In this document: one piece after another, positions 56,592 to 64,000 of the stretch
Layout of the letters: every line of letters begins with the position of its first letter
Position numbering within the stretch: the first letter of the stretch is position 1
Source: an uncultured Bdellovibrionales bacterium
GTDB taxonomy: Bacteria; Patescibacteriota; Minisyncoccia; Moranbacterales; UBA1568
Assembly: GCA_964612055.1 (NCBI GenBank)
Contig: CAZTBI010000001.1
Coordinates: 420,824 to 484,823, forward strand
DNA: 64,000 nt
Direction of reading: 5' to 3'
Position numbers and translations under genes: made by a program
Notes under the pieces: model-generated
The model's database searches: none
Told to the model about the DNA's origin: nothing
What the model saw: the letters and a program-made list of their open reading frames with translations, nothing else

Positions 56592-58727
56592 TTAGACCTC
56601 GATGACTACTGGTAGAATCATTGGTCGACGCTCCGTCTTGGTGAAGAGGAACTGCCCCGTCACTTCACGGATTTCGTTTCGGACCATGTCCCAATCAATG
56701 GAGGTTTCCTTGGAAGTCGTGTCTTTCACCACTTTCTGGACTTTGCGCTTCACTTCGTTCACCAGGTCAAAATTCTCTTTGACATGGATGAAGCCACGCG
56801 AAGTCACCTGGATGTTACCGATAACATTCTTGGTCTTGGCATCGATAATGACGGTGATAACCACCATGCCCTCGGTCGCGAGCATCTGACGATCACGGAG
56901 CACCACGTGTCCGATGTCACCAATCCCGAGACCGTCGATGAAGACGTAGCTCGAGTCAGCTTTTTCGGCGATAAGGTGCGGGAAGCCATTACTTTGCTCT
57001 GGGACTTCCAGTACATGCCCGTTGTCCATGACAAAGACGTTCTTGTCCGGATAACCCAGACGGTAAGCGATCTTGGCTGCTTCTTTGATGAAGTAGTGGT
57101 TGGCGTAGACTGGGAGGATATACGTCGCTTTCACCTGACGGATGATTTCCTCAATCTCCCAAATCGTCCCATGGCCACCGACATGGATCTCCATGATATC
57201 ACTGTGGATCACGTTATCACACTTGCGATACAGGTTGTCCTTGAGGCGCTGGATACTCCGTTCATTTCCTGGGATCACCGAACTCGAGAAAACGATGGTG
57301 TCATTCTTTTGTAATTTGATGAAACGGTGATTGTCGGTCACGATACGTGAAAGAGCTGCATTCTGCTCGCCCTGAGCACCAGTACAGATAACAACAATCT
57401 GATTATCCGGATATTTGTGGATATCGTTTACGGTGATAAGCGTTTCTTTCTTCACCTTAATATAGCCAAGCTCCTTGGCCACTTCGATGTTCATCTTCAT
57501 ACTGTAACCCTCAAGCGCGACACGCTTGCCTTGCTTCTCGGCGTATTCAATCAGGTAAGCAATACGACGTACTTGCGACGCAAAGGTTCCGATGATAATA
57601 CGGCCAGGCGCGGTCCGGATGAGGTTCTGGAGATTAGTGTGGACTTCGGTTTCTGACGGCGGGAGACCCTTCTTGGTCGCTCCGAGACTTTCCAACATAA
57701 GGAAGGTCGGCTTCGGCAAAGATTCCAAGTGATTGTAAGAAACATCGGTTGGATCTACTGGTTCGTTACTGATCATCCAGTCACCCAAGTGAATGATAGA
57801 GCCATTCGGGGTCACCAAAGCGATACCCATAGCATCCATGATCGAGTGCTCGACTTCAAAGAAACGGACTTCGAAAACACCGAGCTTGATCCGATCATCC
57901 AAGGACTTCACGCGCACCATCTTGAGACGGGAGGCTGCGCCCTTTTCTTGATCTTCTACCTTGTGTTTGATAAGGGCCAAGGTGAAATCACGACCGACAA
58001 TGGTCGGATAATTCAACTGCTTGAGTAAAATCGGAGCCGCCCCGATATGATCGAGGTGACCATGAGTAAAGAGGACTCCACGGATGTTTTTTTCCTTCCC
58101 CTTCAGATAACTGACGTTTGGTACGATATAGTCGATACCCGGCATGTCTTCCTCTGGAAATTGGACGCCCATGTCGATGATGACGATATCATTACCATAT
58201 TCGAAAACGGTCATATTGCGACCGACTTCTTCCTGTCCGCCAAGCGGAATAATACGCAAAGTTTTTTCTGGAATAGTTGGCACTGCGGCACCCATTTTTT
58301 TCGGCTCCAAACGGTTTGGCATCGTCTGTTGGAAACGACGATTACCCCGACGGTTGCCACCGGCACCACCACTTCGTGATGGCCGAGAATTCTTCCCTGG
58401 CGCAGCCTTTTGCTGTCCCTGAGGTTTCGTCCCTGACTCAGTCTTCTTCACGAGTGGACGTGGGGCAGGTCGCTCTCCTTGAGCCTTGGCTGGGGCGCTT
58501 TGTACAGAATGAGCACTCCGAAGCTCTCTCCCTTTCGGGGCCTGCTGTCTCGCTACGATACCTTCAAAAGCTCCAATACCAGCGTTTTGCGGAAGAGTGC
58601 TTTTTTGATTATTTTTGCCATGATCAGCGGATGCTGCACGGCCAAGGCCATCAACCGGTCGAGTCGACCGATCTTTGCCTTGAAATGAATTATGCTGCTG
58701 CATACTGCGTTTTGGATTGCTTCCCAC
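56592..58727 (-). CDS. rnj: Ribonuclease J (metallo-beta-lactamase/beta-CASP) with a roughly 160-aa basic, disordered N-terminal extension
   Basis: HGHLDHIGA motif, beta-CASP and a C-terminal domain. The N-terminal extension is rich in R/G/Q/P/K (…[17 protein letters not shown]…). Confidence 0.9.
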   Translation of the reverse strand: MGSNPKRSMQQHNSFQGKDRSTRPVDGLGRAASADHGKNNQKSTLPQNAGIGAFEGIVARQQAPKGRELRSAHSVQSAPAKAQGERPAPRPLVKKTESGTKPQGQQKAAPGKNSRPSRSGGAGGNRRGNRRFQQTMPNRLEPKKMGAAVPTIPEKTLRIIPLGGQEEVGRNMTVFEYGNDIVIIDMGVQFPEEDMPGIDYIVPNVSYLKGKEKNIRGVLFTHGHLDHIGAAPILLKQLNYPTIVGRDFTLALIKHKVEDQEKGAASRLKMVRVKSLDDRIKLGVFEVRFFEVEHSIMDAMGIALVTPNGSIIHLGDWMISNEPVDPTDVSYNHLESLPKPTFLMLESLGATKKGLPPSETEVHTNLQNLIRTAPGRIIIGTFASQVRRIAYLIEYAEKQGKRVALEGYSMKMNIEVAKELGYIKVKKETLITVNDIHKYPDNQIVVICTGAQGEQNAALSRIVTDNHRFIKLQKNDTIVFSSSVIPGNERSIQRLKDNLYRKCDNVIHSDIMEIHVGGHGTIWEIEEIIRQVKATYILPVYANHYFIKEAAKIAYRLGYPDKNVFVMDNGHVLEVPEQSNGFPHLIAEKADSSYVFIDGLGIGDIGHVVLRDRQMLATEGMVVITVIIDAKTKNVIGNIQVTSRGFIHVKENFDLVNEVKRKVQKVVKDTTSKETSIDWDMVRNEIREVTGQFLFTKTERRPMILPVVIEV

Positions 58728-58829
58728 GCCCGAATTCAGAAAGAACTCAAGGGCTCAAGATATATCCATACCTAAAAATGATTTACACGAAAGAATCCTC
58801 TCTTTACACAAGAGAAAGCGTTTACGTTG

Positions 58830-58913
<84 letters not shown>

Positions 58914-58956
58914 CCGAAAATTTAAAACACGAAAGAACCCTCACCTAAAGAAGTGA

Positions 58957-59979
58957 CTAGAGCATCTTCTTCAAGTCTTCTACCATCGCGACCGGAGTCG
59001 GATCCTGGCCATATTCGAGAGCCAGGTAGTAAGAAGTGAAATCGCCTAAAGCGATATTCGTGAATACTCTACTATACACGCTTCCACCTTCCATGTCAAG
59101 TACCTCAACTTCTACCCCTTGTTTGCGCAATAATTCAGCCGTAATATCAATCCGTTTCAGGTTCTGCGGATGAGTCCCGGCATCCTTCAGCATAAGGACA
59201 AAAAACTTGCCTTGCGGTAGCGTCCAACCGACCATCTCATTGTGATTGAGTTCTGGAAAAAAATTCCAAAAAGCCGGCGTCTTGGCATTCTCATTGAATT
59301 TGATTTTCCACACCATGGCCACCGACTTGTATTTGGCTGTAGTGTAAATAACCGGTGTTTTTCCCACCAATTTCTTGGCAAGTTCCTTCCCCTGTTCCTC
59401 GAGAGCAGCCATACGCTCCCTAAGAGCCTTCGCCTCTTCGAGCAATGTCGCTGTCGTATCAGGTACCAGGCCTTGATTGACTAGGATTTGGAACATGACA
59501 CCAAAGAAATAACCGGTTCCGACACGTGGCTGAAAATTCTCATAGGGAATAGGTAGTTTCACGTGCGGAACGCCATGAGCTTTGGCCATCTCTTCAATCT
59601 TGCCACCGGCCGAAAGCGCGATACAGGGAAGATTACTCTTGAGCGCTTCTTCGAAAGAAGCGATGGTTTCTTCCGTATTGCCAGAGTAAGAACAGATGAA
59701 ATTCAAACATTCGTGAAAGCTTTCTGGCGGAAGACTATAAGAACGATTCTGATAAATAGCCAGAGGCTGATCATGCGGCCGCTCCATCCGGAACAAATCA
59801 TTCAAATAAATACGGAAGAGATTTCCTGGCAGCGCTGACCCGCCCATACCAGAAATCATGATGGACCGAAATTTCCCCGGGACACTCACACCCTGAGCCA
59901 AAGCGAAACCCTCCTGTAACTGCGCCCCACTCTCTATAATCATCTGACGGAGATCCGACTTGTCCAATTCGTTTTTCAT
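58957..59979 (-). CDS. Bifunctional phosphoglucose/phosphomannose isomerase (SIS-domain, archaeal-type PGI/PMI)
   Basis: SIS-domain motifs (ISGMGGSALPG, SYSGNTEET) and length. Confidence 0.7.
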   Translation of the reverse strand: MKNELDKSDLRQMIIESGAQLQEGFALAQGVSVPGKFRSIMISGMGGSALPGNLFRIYLNDLFRMERPHDQPLAIYQNRSYSLPPESFHECLNFICSYSGNTEETIASFEEALKSNLPCIALSAGGKIEEMAKAHGVPHVKLPIPYENFQPRVGTGYFFGVMFQILVNQGLVPDTTATLLEEAKALRERMAALEEQGKELAKKLVGKTPVIYTTAKYKSVAMVWKIKFNENAKTPAFWNFFPELNHNEMVGWTLPQGKFFVLMLKDAGTHPQNLKRIDITAELLRKQGVEVEVLDMEGGSVYSRVFTNIALGDFTSYYLALEYGQDPTPVAMVEDLKKML

Positions 59980-59988
59980 ACGTTCAAT

Positions 59989-61716
59989 CTATTTTTTTAC
60001 CCGCTTTGTTTTGATATACCAATCCTCTATACCGCTAAATCGATGAGCTGGAGCGTTGACACTTTTCACATCGATACCCTTAAGCGTGGTACTGGTTACC
60101 GAAAGATACGTTGGGGTATACAAAAACACTGCTGGATTCTCTCGTGCTAAAATTTCCTGAAACTTCTTGTAGAGTTCTTGACGCTTCTCCTGATTCAACT
60201 CCTCACGCAAAGAAAGCAAGACTTCATCAGCATCCTTGTTATCGAAAAGTGCCAAATTGAGTCCCGGATCATGCTTCTGACTGGAATGCCAGAAAGAGTA
60301 CGGGTCGGAGTGTAGCATAGCCGCCTCACCAAAGAGAAGGGCCTGATATTCACGTGGACGCACTGCATTTTGCTGAAGATCAGCAGCGCTCAAAACACTC
60401 ACCGTCACACGGGCACCAACCTTTCCCCACTGATCACGAAGCATTTCCGCCGTCTTCACGAGCTCTGGCCAGTCTGGTACCAAGAGTTCGAATTCAAATA
60501 CTGTTCCCTGCTTAGAACGAATACTGTCTTCTCCTCGCTGCCAACCATTCTCGTCCAAAAGCGCATTGGCCCGCCCCTCGTCAAAGCGAGGGAAAGCGAC
60601 ATCAGCAGCATAGCCCTCCATGAATGGAAGTACCGCTGTTTCAGCGGACTGCCCCTTCCCCAGAAGCACTTCTTTGATGATAGCGTCGCGATCGGTCGCA
60701 AAAGCAAGCGCGCTCCGAATCTCATCATGGGCTAAAGCAGCGTTTTTTGTCACATTGAAGAAAACGGCAAAAATGCGAGGAATGGCGATCTCATAGACAC
60801 GCGTGCTCTTGCGCTCTCCTAGCTCGGCAAGAGTACTTGGCATGACAGAGTTGATACCAAGCACTTCCTTGCGACTGTAAGCATCGAGTAGTGACTGCTC
60901 GTCAGGGTAGAAGTGAAAGGTGATCTTCTGGATATACGGAGCGCCATCAAAGTAGTCTCCGAACGTCCGCAGTTCATAGGACAACATATTGCCATTTGAA
61001 TCTTTCCCAGAATCATAGAAACGATACGGACCAGAACCAATAGGCGCCAAGTTGTAGTCAGCCAGCAAGAAATTTTCTGGAGCGATATTTTCCCAAATAT
61101 GCTTCGGGAGGATGCCCACTGTCAGACTTTCCAAAAATCCGAAGTAGGCTTTTTTCAAAGTAAACGTGAGGGTGTAGCGATCTACCGTGGCTGCATCTAC
61201 CGAAAGCCAATTGGCACGAAGCGGACTCTTGTATGCTGGATCCTGAATAGCTTTGATCGTAAAGAGCACGTCATCAGCCGTTAATTCTTCACCGTCGTGC
61301 CACTTTACTCCTTGACGCAGAGTGACGGTATAGGTCTTGTTATCCTCAGAGACAGTGAAGTTTTCTGCAAGCGATGGCTTCAGTTCGCCATTCACATTGT
61401 AAGTGAAAAGTCCGCTATACACGAGTTCAGAGATATCAGCATCAGCCTCACTGGTTTGAGAAAGTATGGGATTGATGTAACGAGGCTGCGAAACCAACCC
61501 TTCGGTATATTCACCACCGTATTCTGGCACCACCTGAGTCGAGGCAACATACAGTGCCCCTAACCAAAAAAGAAGTGCGCCTAGACCAACCGTGGCAAAG
61601 AACAACACCAAGATACGGTCACGCATCCCAAGAGCCCGGAAAAGGATGAGCCACTGTCGCCTCCGAAGAACAGAAATAATACGGGAAAAGCTACGAATAA
61701 AACTTGAATTTATCAA
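59989..61716 (-). CDS. ABC transporter substrate-binding protein, family 5 (peptide/nickel type)
   Basis: N-terminal TM/signal anchor and SBP_bac_5 motifs (…TVTLRQGVKWHDGEELTADDVLFTI…). Confidence 0.8.
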   Translation of the reverse strand: MINSSFIRSFSRIISVLRRRQWLILFRALGMRDRILVLFFATVGLGALLFWLGALYVASTQVVPEYGGEYTEGLVSQPRYINPILSQTSEADADISELVYSGLFTYNVNGELKPSLAENFTVSEDNKTYTVTLRQGVKWHDGEELTADDVLFTIKAIQDPAYKSPLRANWLSVDAATVDRYTLTFTLKKAYFGFLESLTVGILPKHIWENIAPENFLLADYNLAPIGSGPYRFYDSGKDSNGNMLSYELRTFGDYFDGAPYIQKITFHFYPDEQSLLDAYSRKEVLGINSVMPSTLAELGERKSTRVYEIAIPRIFAVFFNVTKNAALAHDEIRSALAFATDRDAIIKEVLLGKGQSAETAVLPFMEGYAADVAFPRFDEGRANALLDENGWQRGEDSIRSKQGTVFEFELLVPDWPELVKTAEMLRDQWGKVGARVTVSVLSAADLQQNAVRPREYQALLFGEAAMLHSDPYSFWHSSQKHDPGLNLALFDNKDADEVLLSLREELNQEKRQELYKKFQEILARENPAVFLYTPTYLSVTSTTLKGIDVKSVNAPAHRFSGIEDWYIKTKRVKK

Positions 61717-61741
61717 TTACCACCTCTTCTTCGTCAAAAGA

Positions 61742-61978
61742 TCATCCAGCCACTGAGAAATGAACATTGACTACGCCAAGTACAAAAAAGGCGAGAGCGA
61801 GAAGAACTGTTGCGTAGATAAAGAATTTTTCCAATCCACGCTTGGTGTAGTATCCGCCGAAATCACTGCCGAATGCCGATCCCAGACCAGAGCCACGGTT
61901 TTGGAACAAAATAGAGAGGACAAGAAAAACAGCTACCACTCCCTGAGCTATCAAAAGTGCGCGCATAAAAGAAGTCAA
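61742..61978 (-). CDS. secG: Preprotein translocase subunit SecG
   Basis: Two TM helices flanking a Gly-rich loop (NRGSGLGSAFGSDFGG). Confidence 0.8.
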   Translation of the reverse strand: MTSFMRALLIAQGVVAVFLVLSILFQNRGSGLGSAFGSDFGGYYTKRGLEKFFIYATVLLALAFFVLGVVNVHFSVAG

Positions 61979-62077
61979 AAGATGAAAAGAAATCCAGCTG
62001 CCAATAGGCAGAAATCCCTTTTTTAAGCCTTTTTAGTGTAGCAAAAAAAGGGGGATTCGTCAATAAGGAGCAGGCTC

Positions 62078-63214
62078 CTAAACTCCCAATTTCTCGTCAT
62101 CAAGAAAGCTTCTTTCCAATGAAAGACGCATATCTCCACCGTCCCTTTTCCTCTGATAAATACTAAGGAGTAATCCAAGGGAAAAACATACCGAAAGGAA
62201 TGAGCTTCCCCCGTAAGAAAGGAGTGGTGCCGGAATACCAGTCACTGGTAAAAGACCGATATTCATACCAATATTGACCATAACCTGAACGAAAATCATG
62301 ATCATAATGCCCAAGGAGAGTAGGTATCCAAAATTATCAGTCGCCAAACTCCCGATACGCCTGATACGGTACAATAGTACCCCATAAAGACCGATGACAA
62401 AGAGCGCTCCTACTAGGCCCAGTTCCTCAGCTACAACCGCAAAAATGAAGTCGGTATGCTTTTCCGGTAAAAATGAAAGCTGTGACTGCGATCCGTATCC
62501 CAGACCCTTACCAGATACCCCTCCTGAACCCACTGCCACCATGGCCTGTAAAACATTGTAACCCGTTCCTTGGGGGTCATTTTCTGGATGAAGAAACGTG
62601 TCAATACGAGCTTTTTGGTAGTCAGCCAAGGCAAACCAACTTGCAAAAACCAAAGTTGCTCCGAACAAACCCAGGACCACCAGGTGCTTGAAGCGCAGCC
62701 CCGACGCCAAAATCATCCCAATCCAAATAGCCGCGAGCACCAGAGCCGAACCGAGGTCCGGTTGTCGTAAGACCAGAAAAATGAGTACTGCTGTCAAAAT
62801 AAGTGAAGCAATCACGCGGGCCCACTCTCCGAGTTCCGACTTTTTTTTCGAAATAAAACTGGCAAGAAAAATAATGAGTGTTACCTTGGCGACCTCCACT
62901 GGCTGTACCTGAAAAATACCGAAGGAAAGCCAGCCAGCCGTACCATTGACCGTGGTACCGAAGAGGAGTACCAAGGCAAGAACCGAAGCTGTGCCAAAAT
63001 ACAAAGTCGTACTATATCTTTGAAGTAATCGGTAATCAGTTGATGCAGCGAAGAATACTGCCCCAAAACCGAGGAACGCAAAGATGAGTTGCTTCAAAAA
63101 ATAGTTCACCCCTCCCGAAGAAGAAAGACTATACAGCGAAAGGAGTCCGACAGAAATAAGAAGTATCGCTACCGCAATAATAACCCAGTCGAGCTTGAGA
63201 AATGTCCGTATCAT
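62078..63214 (-). CDS. SEDS family peptidoglycan glycosyltransferase (FtsW/RodA)
   Basis: 10-TM topology and conserved SEDS motifs (…TDFIFAV..EELG…). Confidence 0.9.
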   Translation of the reverse strand: MIRTFLKLDWVIIAVAILLISVGLLSLYSLSSSGGVNYFLKQLIFAFLGFGAVFFAASTDYRLLQRYSTTLYFGTASVLALVLLFGTTVNGTAGWLSFGIFQVQPVEVAKVTLIIFLASFISKKKSELGEWARVIASLILTAVLIFLVLRQPDLGSALVLAAIWIGMILASGLRFKHLVVLGLFGATLVFASWFALADYQKARIDTFLHPENDPQGTGYNVLQAMVAVGSGGVSGKGLGYGSQSQLSFLPEKHTDFIFAVVAEELGLVGALFVIGLYGVLLYRIRRIGSLATDNFGYLLSLGIMIMIFVQVMVNIGMNIGLLPVTGIPAPLLSYGGSSFLSVCFSLGLLLSIYQRKRDGGDMRLSLERSFLDDEKLGV

Positions 63215-63250
63215 GAAAGTAATCTTTACAAACTCTACGTGGCAGAGACA

Positions 63251-64000
63251 TCATCTGGCACTTCCACCTGGAAAGTATTGCTTGGAGAAATTTTCAGAAT
63301 GATAGACATCGGCATCCACCTCCATATCGACCTGCTCCACAACGCCCGGAAAAGGAAGTGGCCACACGAGATCAAAGTCACGAGATTCACCAGCTTTGAT
63401 ATTGTTCTGTCTCGTCTTGTTCAATGCCAAAAGCCTCCCTGAAGCATCACGGAGAATGACTCCGACATCGATCGAACGAAAATCATACGGACTTTCATTG
63501 GAAAGGAGTCCGGAAGCTTTACTGAAGCCAAAACCAGATGTCATTGAACTATAACGCTTTTGGTAAATATTGACCGCTGGTTTCTCTCTGTATCCTGAGG
63601 CCTTTTCCCATACTACGTCATTCACGGTAAGCGTCGCCTTCACGGGCATACCACCCGTTTCTATGTTGAGTTCAATAATATCCTTGGTCTCTTGCGGCAA
63701 AGCATAGTTCTTACCAGAACGCGTTGCCAAAACCTGATTGTTCGCATCGTGCAATTCAAACGTATACTGGAATTCAGAAGCACCTACAGCACTGTTCGGA
63801 TTGAAAAAACGCCCTAAAATATCATACGTATTCGCTCCGCCCAATACAAAAGTCACTTCTTGAATTTGAAGATCTTTCCCTACCACTTCCTCAATACAAG
63901 CAGCCGTACATATACCGCCACAGTCTATCCCCTCTTCATTCTGATTTTGCTTGGCATCGCTACAGGTTTCTGGAGCTTTGATAAAAGCAACGTAGACTCC
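63251..64000 (-). CDS. Hypothetical protein. The N-terminus is truncated by the window end; the reading frame is open to position 64000.
   Basis: No in-frame stop between 63887 and 64000. The upstream segment contains CGGICTAAC. Confidence 0.45.
   Translation of the reverse strand, partial: GVYVAFIKAPETCSDAKQNQNEEGIDCGGICTAACIEEVVGKDLQIQEVTFVLGGANTYDILGRFFNPNSAVGASEFQYTFELHDANNQVLATRSGKNYALPQETKDIIELNIETGGMPVKATLTVNDVVWEKASGYREKPAVNIYQKRYSSMTSGFGFSKASGLLSNESPYDFRSIDVGVILRDASGRLLALNKTRQNNIKAGESRDFDLVWPLPFPGVVEQVDMEVDADVYHSENFSKQYFPGGSAR

Overview
This window is a gene-dense, mostly minus-strand bacterial chromosomal segment with short intergenic spacers, about 48-50% GC with several islands above 60% GC. 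Small proteins, a giant surface protein and an RNase J suggest a Patescibacteria/CPR-like organism; this is an inference.

Recognisable core genes:
- DNA repair and maintenance: uvrA, uvrB, an MGMT-family protein, topA, dprA and a RecD/PIF1-like helicase.
- Metabolism and translation: dxs, trpS, ddl, PGM/PMM, PGI/PMI and ychF.
- RNA processing and stress response: a DEAD-box helicase, RNase J and a RelA/SpoT homologue.
- Transport and envelope: a znuCB-zur operon, secG, ftsW/rodA, pilB, a MacB-type ABC exporter next to a 1951-aa LamG/beta-propeller/FN3 surface protein, and a family-5 substrate-binding protein.
- Regulators and others: an ECF sigma factor with a putative anti-sigma partner, a Fic protein, a VOC protein and ApbE.

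The most unusual region is a tRNA hotspot at about 25.5-27.1 kb.
- It holds five minus-strand tRNAs (Asp, Met, Met, Ile, Ala).
- Two YhbQ-like GIY-YIG nuclease genes sit immediately upstream of tRNA-Met and tRNA-Ala. Each is preceded by a partial copy of that tRNA's 5' end, interrupted by a conserved hairpin insert.
- A conserved element of about 80 nt lies downstream of tRNA-Asp and tRNA-Ala. Each copy is bracketed by a 16-17 nt direct repeat of the host tRNA's own 3' end; at tRNA-Ala the repeat occurs three times, and one copy carries a templated CCA.
- The arrangement looks like a family of tRNA-targeting selfish or integrative modules.

Other notable observations:
- A consensus sigma-70 promoter with three operator copies lies upstream of fic.
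- A ~174-nt duplicated fragment of the ychF 3' end sits 11 kb from ychF.
- A structured RNA-like repeat of about 115 nt occurs twice, with compensatory outer stems.
- GC-rich islands: paralogous lipoproteins with near-identical terminators, and a translationally coupled two-gene operon.
- The giant surface-protein gene contains near-identical internal repeats.
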